The notes beneath the pieces were generated by a model. It saw nothing but the letters and a program-made list of their open reading frames with translations, was not told where the DNA came from and did no database searches. A DNA stretch of 64,000 nucleotides from an uncultured Bifidobacterium sp. (GTDB taxonomy: Bacteria > Acidobacteriota > Vicinamibacteria > Vicinamibacterales > CAVVIG01): NCBI GenBank assembly GCA_964386715.1, contig CAYLTD010000006.1, forward strand, positions 3,518-67,517. The letters run 5' to 3'. Shown piece by piece: positions 45,286 through 53,530 of this stretch (the stretch's first letter is position 1; each line of letters begins with the position of its first letter). Both the position numbers and the translations under genes were made by a program.

Positions 45286-45638
45286 CGTCGACACCGGGCT
45301 GACTGGGCATGCGCTCGGGTCGCCTGGCCCGGTGAGGGCAGCATGGGTGTGCGCGACGTGATCGATCCTTCGCATCGAGGCCTCGAATGTGTGCGCGCAG
45401 CGCCCGAGCGAGATGGTGTGATGCCTGGGGGCTCAGGCAGCCCGCGCCCCGATGATACGGCCGAACGCGGCGGCGTCAGCGGCCTTGTCGAGATCTTTAG
45501 CTGTCCGGTTACGCGGATGTTACGAAAGGGCCGCTGCCAGGTCGCACGGCCCACGGACTTGTTGACTGCTGGTCACGCGCCTGCCGAAACCCCGCTGCAC
45601 CTCTGCTCCAGCCCGGCCGCGACTGCCAGCGCCTGGAG

Positions 45639-46688
45639 CTAGCTGCGATCGGTGAGGAGGGCGAGGTCCGCGATGAGCTGGTCGACCGCGTGCGGCTGCG
45701 TGCCGTTGTAGACGCCACGCAGGTGCCCCTCGCCGTCAACGAGCAGCAGCTTTTCCGTGTGCAGGAACGCAGTTGGGTCGCCCGGATCAAGGCGGCTGTC
45801 GTCGGCGAAGTAGGACGCCCGGGCGAGCCCGTAAATCGTGCGCTTGCTGCCGGTCACGAGCGACCAGCGGGCGGCGTCGATGCCGCCGTCGCGCGCAAAC
45901 AGTGACAGCTGCTGCGGCGTATCCGCGTCCGGCATCACCGAGAACGAGACGATGTGAGCCGTGCCCGGCTCGATGGCGCGCTGCACCCGCGCGAGCTGGC
46001 GCACGATGAGCGGACACAGCGCCGCGCACTGCGTGTAGATGAAGCTGGCGACGTACGGGCGCCCGCGCAGCGACGTACTCGAGATCGCCTGGCCCGACTG
46101 CGTGGTCAACGAGAAGTCGGCAACCACGTGCTCCACCGGTCGCCACGTCGGCGTGAAGGCAGGCGCGTCGTAGTAAGGAAGCGTGGTGCGAGCGGCAGTT
46201 TCTGCCTGCTGCTTCCCAGCCAGATCCTGCGCCCGCGGGTCCGAGTCTCCGGCAGCGGAGCCTCCCTCGGCCACGGGACCCCGCCGTCTGTCCACGACGT
46301 CGGCGCCGGCGGCGACGGGCTCACAGGGGGCGGCGTTCACGAGGCCGAATCGACGGCCGCCGCTGACCTCGTAGTTCAAGTAGAGGGTACCGGCCTCGGT
46401 CCACGCCTGCTGGGTGCCCTCCTCGCGGCCGTTGCGATAGTGCTTCCGTTCGTACGGACGCCCGCTGGCGTACCAGGTGCGGTACTCGCCTTCGTACGCA
46501 TCGGCGTGGTAGGTGGCGTCGGCCTTCAGGCCGCCGTCCGGCCAGTACTGAAGCACGCGACCGTTGCGGGCTCCGCTGCCTGACGCAGACGAAGAGCCGG
46601 GCGCAGCGTAGCGCAGGAGCGCAGGGACCGCGGCGGCCAGCGTCAGCGTAACCGTCGTGAGCACGAGAGGCCGGATGCGCGGAGTCAT
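45639..46688 (-). CDS. SCO1/SenC-family thiol-disulfide (copper chaperone) protein with N-terminal MORN-variant repeats
   Basis: TM or signal MTPRIRPLVLTTVTLTLAAAV. YWPDGGLKA..YRTWYASGRPYERKHYRNGREEG (MORN_2-like). SCO motif FIYTQCAALCP with the downstream His in FLHTEK. Confidence 0.75.
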   Translation of the reverse strand: MTPRIRPLVLTTVTLTLAAAVPALLRYAAPGSSSASGSGARNGRVLQYWPDGGLKADATYHADAYEGEYRTWYASGRPYERKHYRNGREEGTQQAWTEAGTLYLNYEVSGGRRFGLVNAAPCEPVAAGADVVDRRRGPVAEGGSAAGDSDPRAQDLAGKQQAETAARTTLPYYDAPAFTPTWRPVEHVVADFSLTTQSGQAISSTSLRGRPYVASFIYTQCAALCPLIVRQLARVQRAIEPGTAHIVSFSVMPDADTPQQLSLFARDGGIDAARWSLVTGSKRTIYGLARASYFADDSRLDPGDPTAFLHTEKLLLVDGEGHLRGVYNGTQPHAVDQLIADLALLTDRS

Positions 46689-47386
46689 CAGCCGGCCACC
46701 GTGCCAGGTGCCCCGCGGAAGCATCCGGAGATGTAAGGCGGTGCTGACGTCACGTGGTAGTGGTAGACGCCGGCGGGGTAGTCGGCGGTGGGTGCGACGT
46801 GCCCGTTGCAGCTGTCGAGATCGACCGGCGCCACGCCGCTCTCGTCGATCGTGCCGTACACGGGGTAGCCGTCGAGGAGGACGCCAAGGTACGCCGCCTT
46901 GCCGCGGGCTTCGGTCAACCACAGGGGTTCGACGTGATAGTGATACTGGTTCGACGGCGACGGGTGCCCGTTGAAGCGATCGAACGACAGGATCTCGCTG
47001 GTGAGCGGCATCCGCTGCGCCGCGTACTGGTTGAAGAAGACGACGCCGTTCACCGCGACGCCGATCGGGCCGAGCGGCGTGTCGGACGGGGTGGTGCTGG
47101 CCGGCGCCGCCGGTATGCGGAAGACGATGTTCTGCGCGGCGATGCGGTGCGGGTTCACCTGCATGCCTGCATGGGGAGCCTCGTAGCTGGCGTGCCCGGC
47201 GCCGAAGTACGGACTCCTGTGGTCCGGGACGTTGGTGGTCCGGATCACCACGGTGCCACCCTCCATCGTGACGGTGGCGCTGCCGCCAAAGCGCGCATAA
47301 GGCCGCGGGCAGCGTTCCGGTTCCGCTGGTGACGGCAGTGGAGGCGGCGGGCGTGGGTGAGGTCGGGGTCGTCGCGTCGGAACCAC
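46688..47386 (-). CDS. YHYH-domain protein (the domain frame has no signal peptide and is probably frameshifted relative to a lipoprotein start at 47453)
   Basis: NQYHYHVEP and GVYHYHVTS motifs. Its stop overlaps the SCO start (ATGA). See the finding on frame discordance. Confidence 0.6.
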   Translation of the reverse strand: MVPTRRPRPHPRPPPPLPSPAEPERCPRPYARFGGSATVTMEGGTVVIRTTNVPDHRSPYFGAGHASYEAPHAGMQVNPHRIAAQNIVFRIPAAPASTTPSDTPLGPIGVAVNGVVFFNQYAAQRMPLTSEILSFDRFNGHPSPSNQYHYHVEPLWLTEARGKAAYLGVLLDGYPVYGTIDESGVAPVDLDSCNGHVAPTADYPAGVYHYHVTSAPPYISGCFRGAPGTVAG

Positions 47387-47459
47387 CGCACATCGCGCTG
47401 GCGAGCGCGGCGGCCGCCGCGCACGCCGTTCGGGCGAGCATCAGTCGTGTCATGGGGTC

Positions 47460-47465
47460 ACTATA
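47460..47465 (-). promoter_or_regulatory. -10 box TATAGT; predicted leaderless start at 47453
   Basis: The minus strand reads TATAGT-gacccc-ATG(47453). That ATG opens a canonical lipoprotein signal, MTRLMLARTACAAAAALASAMCGG. Confidence 0.45.
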
Positions 47466-47540
47466 GCGACCGGACCGAGCGGCCGCCGTGACACGTTCGC
47501 AGCGCGGGTGTGAAAAATCCGTGGACGCCGGGGCCGGCGG

Positions 47541-48173
47541 TCAGTGCGCGATCGGCGAGCCGCCTGATGTCTTCGACATCAGCACCTTCATCTCCAGCAG
47601 TTCGGCCAGGGCCCTGGCACGGGCGACCACGTCGGGCTGCTCGAGCAGCGCCTGCTTCTCGATGGGCGCGAGGTCGAGGTACTGGGCCAACGCGTTCACC
47701 AGGTCGTCGTCGCTCATGGCCGCGGCGGCGCGCGGATCGAGCCCGGCCTCGAATTCCGACGGGGCGAGCAGGGCCTCGAGTCGGGCCCGGTGCGCGCGCA
47801 GCCGCAGACGGTCCTGGGCGGAGAGGTCGGGTTCCGCGAGCGGCTGGATTTCGGCGCGCCGATAGGGCCGGGCGTGGTCTTCGGCAACGATCCTGAAGCG
47901 CTCGACCCCCCGCAGGATGATGTTGTAGCGACCGTCGGGCAACTGCTCGCAGTGCGTGATGACGCCGCTGCAGCCCACGGTGTAGATCGCCGGCCGGCCC
48001 TCGTATTCGTTCTCCCACCCGTCGCGCAGCAGCGTCATGCCGATCAGGCGGTCGCTCGCCAGCGCGTCGGCGACCATGGCGCGGTACCGCGGCTCGAAGA
48101 TGTGCAGCGGCAGGAACACGCCAGGGAAGAGCACCACCGTGGGCAGCGGAAAGAGGGGCAGCAGATCGGACAT
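47541..48173 (-). CDS. LON substrate-binding (Lon N-terminal) domain protein
   Basis: LPLFPLPTVVLFPGVFLPLHIFEPRYRAMV is the classic Lon-N start. There is no ATPase or protease domain. Confidence 0.78.
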   Translation of the reverse strand: MSDLLPLFPLPTVVLFPGVFLPLHIFEPRYRAMVADALASDRLIGMTLLRDGWENEYEGRPAIYTVGCSGVITHCEQLPDGRYNIILRGVERFRIVAEDHARPYRRAEIQPLAEPDLSAQDRLRLRAHRARLEALLAPSEFEAGLDPRAAAAMSDDDLVNALAQYLDLAPIEKQALLEQPDVVARARALAELLEMKVLMSKTSGGSPIAH

Positions 48174-48340
48174 ACGTCGATTCAGTTGAATGCCTGAAGG
48201 CTGAGCGACGTGGTGACGCCGTGACTCATCGACGTGGTGACCTGGTGAACTGGCGACCCGGTGGACTCGGTCTTGGCGAGTTCCTGATCCGCCGCCAACT
48301 GCCATCCCGCCGCTTCACCCCTTCGCCACCTCACCCCTCC

Positions 48341-49621
48341 CTAGTGGATCGTTTTCGTCTTCTTGTCCATGTAGTCCATGAGGACGTACTGGCCGAGGGT
48401 GTACGGCGTGGTGAAGTACGCCTTGCCCTTGCAGATGTCCGCGACCCGCCGGACGAAGCTGACCAGGTCGTAGTCGCGCGCCAGCATGAACGTGTTGATC
48501 ATGATGTTGCTCTTGCGGCAGGCCGCGACCTCGCGAAGCGTCTCGGTGACGACGAACGGATCCAGCCCGAAGGCGTTCTTGTAGATGCGGCCGTCGGGCT
48601 GCGTGAGGGCCGACGGCTTGCCGTCGGTGATCATGATGATCTGCCGCATGTCCTTGCGCTGCCGGTCGAGGATGCGGCGCGCCAGCCTGAGGCCTTCGCG
48701 CGTGTTCGTGTAGTAGGGGCCGACGCGCGTGCGACCGAGTTCGGACAGCGGGATCTCCTCGGCCGAGTCGTGGAAGAGCACGACGTTGAGGGCGTCACCC
48801 GGGTACTGGTTCTTGATCAGCTGTGCGAGCGCGAGCGCCACGCGCTTGGCCGGCGTGAAGCGGTCCTCGCCGTAGAGGATCATGCTGTGGCTGCAGTCGA
48901 GCATCAGGACCGTGGCGCACGAACTCTGGTACTCGCCCTGCGCCACCATCAGGTCCTCGTGTTCGACGGTGATGCGCCTCGACGCCGCGCGCGACTCCGC
49001 CCGCGCCAGGCGCCATTCGCGCTGGGCGGCGTTGAGCAGCGTGCTGGCCGGGTCGATGTTCAGGGTGTCGCCGAACTCGTACGGCTTGGGCGCGCCCGTG
49101 GTCTCCACGCCCGTCGCCTGCTCCCGGGTGTCGTGACGGCCGTAGCTGCTCTTGCCGAGCGATCCGAGCAGGTCGCGCAGCGCGCGGTACCCGAGGAAAT
49201 CCAGGGCCTTGTCGGTCACCTGGAACGTGTTTGGCGGCTGGTCGGGCCCCTGCCCGCCGCCGCGGCCCGCCCGGCGTTCGCGTTCGGCCTCGAGGTCGGG
49301 CGGCAGTGTGATGTAACCCTCCTCGCCCATGCGCTCGATGATCTGCTGGATCAGTTCCTCGAGGGCGTTCCGCGCTTCCTCGCGGTCGCCGTCCTGTGAA
49401 TCGAGCAGCCGCTCGAGCGTCTCCTCGGGCAGCACGCCGCCGTTGAAGAGCGCGTCGAGGATCGCGTCGTGGAGCGCCTGCATCGTACGCTCCTCGGCGT
49501 CCATGTTGCGGGGATCACCGAATCCGCTCGACAGCAGCAGGTCCGACAGCTTCGAGACCAGGTCCTCGAGATCGAGGTCGTCGAGGATGTCGCCGGTGAA
49601 CTTCGTGTAGCGGTATTTCAT
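48341..49621 (-). CDS. von Willebrand factor A (VWA) domain protein
   Basis: MIDAS DCSHS in [11 protein letters not shown] long acidic helical N-terminal region. GAGG SD. Confidence 0.75.
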   Translation of the reverse strand: MKYRYTKFTGDILDDLDLEDLVSKLSDLLLSSGFGDPRNMDAEERTMQALHDAILDALFNGGVLPEETLERLLDSQDGDREEARNALEELIQQIIERMGEEGYITLPPDLEAERERRAGRGGGQGPDQPPNTFQVTDKALDFLGYRALRDLLGSLGKSSYGRHDTREQATGVETTGAPKPYEFGDTLNIDPASTLLNAAQREWRLARAESRAASRRITVEHEDLMVAQGEYQSSCATVLMLDCSHSMILYGEDRFTPAKRVALALAQLIKNQYPGDALNVVLFHDSAEEIPLSELGRTRVGPYYTNTREGLRLARRILDRQRKDMRQIIMITDGKPSALTQPDGRIYKNAFGLDPFVVTETLREVAACRKSNIMINTFMLARDYDLVSFVRRVADICKGKAYFTTPYTLGQYVLMDYMDKKTKTIH

Positions 49622-49679
49622 GGCACGGCCTCGGGGCGCTCCGATGCGACGGCTGGGCGAGGCCCACGGCCTCCGCTTC

Positions 49680-51194
49680 TCAGTTGTAGTACTTCTTCTT
49701 GCGGTTCGGCATCTCGAAGTCGTCCCCGTCGGTCGGCGGCTCGTCGCGCCGCATCGGCCGACGCTGGCCGCCCTCCTGCCCCGCCATGTATCCGCGCTCC
49801 TCGCTGCGGCTGATCTTCCGCTGTGCCGTGAGGCCCTCGAGCACGAAGTCGATCGCCGACGCCACCGCGCCCGCCGGCGCGCCGGGCGCCAGCCCGGTCC
49901 GCTCCGCCAGGTCGCGCAGCCCCTGGACGCCTTTCGCCTGCTGGATCACGTCGGCGGCCGAGGTGTTGTCGCTCAGTGGCAGCGAGCCGCCCAGGTCGAA
50001 CCACTCGACGACCTTCTTCGTGTCGACCCCATCGAACCGCTGGGCGAAGACGGCGCCGACCGCCGAGCGGATCAGGTCGCGGGCCACCTGCTCCGCGCCC
50101 CGCATCTCACCCTCGTACTCCAGCTCGAACTTGCCGGTGATCGACGGCAGCGCGGCGTACAGATCGGTGACGCGCGGCACCGCCACCTTCTCGCCGCTCA
50201 GCAGCGCCCGGCGCTCGGCGTTGGACACCACCAGTTCCAGCGTCGTGATCGGCAGGCGCTGGCTGACGCCGGACCGCTTGTCGATCTTGCGGTCGGCACG
50301 TGCCTGGAACGCCACCTCCTCGACCACGTCGCGGACGTAGTCCGGGATGTCGGCCTTCAGCGCGCCGGCGCGCTCCGTCCACGCCTCCTGGGCGGTGATC
50401 GCCAAGGCATTCTCGCGCGACGCCGGGTAGTGCGTGCGGATCTCGGAGCCGATGCGGTCCTTCAGCGGCGTGATGATCTTGCCCCGCGCCGTGTAGTCCT
50501 CGGGGTTGGCCGTGAACACCAGCATGACGTCGAGCTGCAGGCGAACCGGGTAGCCCTTGATCTGGACGTCGCCCTCCTGCAGGATGTTGAAGAGCCCCAC
50601 CTGAATCTTGCCGGCCAGATCCGGCAGCTCGTTGATGGCGAAGATGCCGCGGTTGGCGCGCGGCAGCAGCCCATAGTGCATCGTGAGCTCGTCGGCGAGG
50701 TTCAGCCCCGCCTGGGCGGCCTTGATCGGATCGATGTCGCCCACGATGTCCGCGATCGTGACGTCGGGGGTGGCCAGCTTCTCGACGTACCGTTCGTCGC
50801 GCGACAGCCAGCCGATTGGCAGGCTGTCACCCTCGGCGGCCACACGCGCACGGCACGCGCCGCAGATCGGATCCAGCGGGTCGTCGTGAATCTCGCAGCC
50901 GGGTACGACCGGGATCTGCTCGTCCAGCAAATCGATCAGGCTGCGGAGGATCCGGCTCTTGGCCTGTCCGCGCAGGCCCAGCAGGATGAAGTTGTGCTGC
51001 GAGAGGATGGCGTTCACGAGCTGGGGAATGACGGTGTCGTCGTACCCGATGACGCCAGGAAACAGCTTCTCGCCCGCCTGGAGCTTCCGCACCAGGTTGT
51101 CCCGGATTTCCTGTTTGACGGTGCGCGGCTTGGCGCCTGCACGCTCGCGGAGTTCGCCCAGAGTGCGGATGCTTGCGGACATGTGATGGATCAT
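49680..51194 (-). CDS. AAA+ ATPase, Mg-chelatase ChlI/BchI-like
   Basis: GVIGYDD...[16 protein letters not shown] (Walker A-like), INELPDL (Walker B-like) and a Cys-containing insertion. An alternative ATG lies at 51182. Confidence 0.7.
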   Translation of the reverse strand: MIHHMSASIRTLGELRERAGAKPRTVKQEIRDNLVRKLQAGEKLFPGVIGYDDTVIPQLVNAILSQHNFILLGLRGQAKSRILRSLIDLLDEQIPVVPGCEIHDDPLDPICGACRARVAAEGDSLPIGWLSRDERYVEKLATPDVTIADIVGDIDPIKAAQAGLNLADELTMHYGLLPRANRGIFAINELPDLAGKIQVGLFNILQEGDVQIKGYPVRLQLDVMLVFTANPEDYTARGKIITPLKDRIGSEIRTHYPASRENALAITAQEAWTERAGALKADIPDYVRDVVEEVAFQARADRKIDKRSGVSQRLPITTLELVVSNAERRALLSGEKVAVPRVTDLYAALPSITGKFELEYEGEMRGAEQVARDLIRSAVGAVFAQRFDGVDTKKVVEWFDLGGSLPLSDNTSAADVIQQAKGVQGLRDLAERTGLAPGAPAGAVASAIDFVLEGLTAQRKISRSEERGYMAGQEGGQRRPMRRDEPPTDGDDFEMPNRKKKYYN

Positions 51195-51203
51195 ATCCCG
51201 ACT

Positions 51204-51209
51204 TAGACT
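51204..51209 (+). promoter_or_regulatory. candidate -10 box TAGACT upstream of the GDPD gene
   Basis: TAGACT-9 nt-GTG(51219), in the 24-bp divergent gap. Confidence 0.3.
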
Positions 51210-51218
51210 GGACCCCCG

Positions 51219-51959
51219 GTGCGACACCGCTTCTTCCATGCCTCTCGCCCGCTCGTCTTCGCGCACCGCGGCGGGGCGGCGCTTGCGCCGGAGAACACGC
51301 TGGCGGCGTTTGCCAACAGCGTCGCGCTCGGCGCGGACGGCATCGAGCTCGACGTGCGTGCGTCGCGCGATGGCCGGGTAGTCGTTCACCACGATGGGAC
51401 GCTGGATCGGACCACGCCGTTGCGAGGACCCGTCGCCTCCCGCACCGCGGCCGAACTGGCCCGGGTGGGGGTGCCCGAGCTGTCGACGGTCCTGCGCCAG
51501 TGCCCCGACGTCCGGGTCATCGTCGAGCTCAAGCTCGATGAGCCGTCATTTGGCAACGCCGTGCTGGAGGAGCTGAGGCGTGCCGACGCGGTCGATCGGG
51601 CGTGCGTCGGTGCCTTCGGCTGGCGGGTCCTGCGGACGATCCGCAGCCGGGAGCCGGCGCTCGCCACGAGCGCGGCGCGCGAGGAGGTGCGTTGGGCGCT
51701 TTACCGATCCTGGCTGGGGTGGCCCGTGACCCGTCCCCCGTGGCAGGGGTACCAGGTTCCCGAGCGGGCCGGGGCCATCCGCGTGGTCTCGCGACGCTTC
51801 ACCCGCCATGCTCACGGCGCGGGGCTCGGCGTGCAGGTGTGGACGGTCAACGACGAGGACACCGCCGCGCGCCTGCTGGACTGGGGTGTCGACGCACTGA
51901 TTACCGACCGGCCCGACATCATGGTGCCGCTCGTCCGTCTACGCAGCCGGCGTGAATGA
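51219..51959 (+). CDS. glycerophosphodiester phosphodiesterase family protein
   Basis: FAHRGG...ENTLAAF...GADGIELDV...HHD motifs. Confidence 0.82.
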   Translation: MRHRFFHASRPLVFAHRGGAALAPENTLAAFANSVALGADGIELDVRASRDGRVVVHHDGTLDRTTPLRGPVASRTAAELARVGVPELSTVLRQCPDVRVIVELKLDEPSFGNAVLEELRRADAVDRACVGAFGWRVLRTIRSREPALATSAAREEVRWALYRSWLGWPVTRPPWQGYQVPERAGAIRVVSRRFTRHAHGAGLGVQVWTVNDEDTAARLLDWGVDALITDRPDIMVPLVRLRSRRE

Positions 51960-52046
51960 CCGCACGGAGCGCCGTCACGTCGAAGCGCGCCAATACCGCG
52001 GAACCTCCGCACGCACCCAGCGGGCGCCGAACACCAGTCGGCGCTG

Positions 52047-52676
52047 TCAGCCCCCCTGCTGCCAGTGGCGCACCACGTCGATCGGGTGCAGCAGCATCAG
52101 GATGTTCAGAGAGAGGTTGTCTCGAATGGCGATGGCCAGGAGCACTTCGGTCGCCACCGCCAGGGCCACCGATGCCCACACGGGCAGCCGTCGCGCCAGC
52201 CAGAATCCCAGCATCATGGCGGCGACGTCTGAGACCGAGTTGAGGATGCTGTCGCCGTAATAGTCGTAGGAGATTGTCACGGCGCGATATCGGTCGATGA
52301 TGGCGGGCGAGTTCTCGACGACCTCCCAGATGCCCTCGATGGCGACGGCCACCAGCAGGCGGGCTCTGACTGGCATGCGCCGCGCGGCAACGGCGAGCGC
52401 AGCGTAGAAGAGCAGGCCATGCAGGACGTGGGTGAACGTGTACCAGTCGGTGACCTGCTGCGAGTTTTCGGCGCTGGCCACCACGCCGTGCCACAGCCTC
52501 ACGCGGCCGCAGGTGCACAGGAGGACCCGGCCCATCCACCACTCGGCGGCGGCCACACCGGCGAGCATCGTGATGACGATGACGGTCGTCGACACAGGCC
52601 CAGGCCGCCCCGCTTCAGGGGCTGGAGTCCTCGACCTCGCCGCGGTCGACAATGCAGGTGCGAGGGACATGCTCAC
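52047..52676 (-). CDS. DUF2585 (UPF0314) family membrane protein
   Basis: LWHGVV.S.ENSQ...DWYTFTH..HG, WE.VENS, YYGDSILNSVSD and IRDNL motifs as I recall the family. Confidence 0.72.
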   Translation of the reverse strand: MSMSLAPALSTAARSRTPAPEAGRPGPVSTTVIVITMLAGVAAAEWWMGRVLLCTCGRVRLWHGVVASAENSQQVTDWYTFTHVLHGLLFYAALAVAARRMPVRARLLVAVAIEGIWEVVENSPAIIDRYRAVTISYDYYGDSILNSVSDVAAMMLGFWLARRLPVWASVALAVATEVLLAIAIRDNLSLNILMLLHPIDVVRHWQQGG

Positions 52677-53365
52677 CTCCTCGACAGTCGGCGCGCGACG
52701 CGGAAGACGTCATCCATCATCGGGGCCGTCAAGCGGCCGGTGTTGGTGTTCTGCCGGCTCGGGTGGTAGCACCCGAGGAGCGTCTGTCCGTTCGGGAGGT
52801 GCGCGAGGCTCCCATGCCCGAAGACGGGGCGCGGGCGGACGACGATGCCCCGTTGCCGCGTCAGCTGGAGGTAGGCGTCGAATCCGATCCGCCCGAGCGC
52901 AACCACCACACGGACGTGGGGCAGGGCCCCGAGTTCGGCGTCCAGGTGGGGCAGGCAGCGCGCGATCTCGTCCGGTGTCGGCTTGTTGTCCGGTGGCGCG
53001 CACCGGACCGCTGCGGCGATGAACGCCCCGTCGAGCTGGAGCCCGTCGTCGACGTGCTGCGAGGTCGGGAGGTTGGCGAATCCGGCGCGGTGCAGGGCGG
53101 CCATCAGGAAGTCTCCCGAGCCCCCGACGCCGTCGCCCGTGAACACGCGCCCGGTGCGGTTGGCGCCATGTGCCGCCGGCGCCAGGCCCACGATGAGCAG
53201 GCGGGCCTCAGGGTCGCCGAAGCCGGGGACCGGACGGGCCCAGTACGTATCCGTGAGATAGGCCCGCCGCTTCTCGCGTCCTATACGTTGACAGTACGTC
53301 CGGAGGCGCGGGCAGCGCTCGCAGGTGACGATCTGCTGGCGGACCAGCTGCAGCGTGGCGGTCAT
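52673..53365 (-). CDS. uracil-DNA glycosylase, family 5 (UdgB-type)
   Basis: GLAPAAHGANRTGRVFTGD (motif A with Ala, not the GEAPG of family 4) and the HPS motif. 4-nt overlap with the DUF2585 gene. Confidence 0.8.
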   Translation of the reverse strand: MTATLQLVRQQIVTCERCPRLRTYCQRIGREKRRAYLTDTYWARPVPGFGDPEARLLIVGLAPAAHGANRTGRVFTGDGVGGSGDFLMAALHRAGFANLPTSQHVDDGLQLDGAFIAAAVRCAPPDNKPTPDEIARCLPHLDAELGALPHVRVVVALGRIGFDAYLQLTRQRGIVVRPRPVFGHGSLAHLPNGQTLLGCYHPSRQNTNTGRLTAPMMDDVFRVARRLSRR

Positions 53366-53462
53366 GATCAGGGCCGCGCGGTCGCGGCGGCGCTCGGCAG
53401 ACGAAAGTTCGGTGAATCGCGCCGGCCGGCCGCGCGTGTTCCCGTCCGCCGGGGCTCGTGGT

Positions 53463-53468
53463 TAGAAT
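53463..53468 (+). promoter_or_regulatory. candidate -10 box TAGAAT for the PDH operon
   Basis: TAGAAT lies 62 nt upstream of the aceE GTG. GAGGAG SD at 53513-53518. Confidence 0.4.
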
Positions 53469-53530
53469 AAGGGATTGGCCGCGAGGCCGCCTGTCGGTAC
53501 CCCGACACGCACGAGGAGCTTGGAGTTCCA

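Noticed and set aside
45452-45552. A possible weak terminator (GGGCCG-13 nt-CGGCCC followed by TTTCGT on the minus strand, 45528-45552) and a sigma-70-like promoter (CTGACG-17-TATCAT, -10 at 45452-45457) upstream of the giant gene.
   Set aside because: The stem is only 6 bp and the -35 match is poor, so they are plausible but not supportable as features without transcript data.
45639-47453. A single 604-aa ORF that would fuse the lipoprotein signal, an Arg-rich middle and the SCO domain.
   Set aside because: The middle ~230 aa are the out-of-frame reading of the YHYH gene. The SCO gene has its own TM start at 46688, with an ATGA overlap to the YHYH frame. I interpret this as two genes plus a frame discordance, not one fusion protein.
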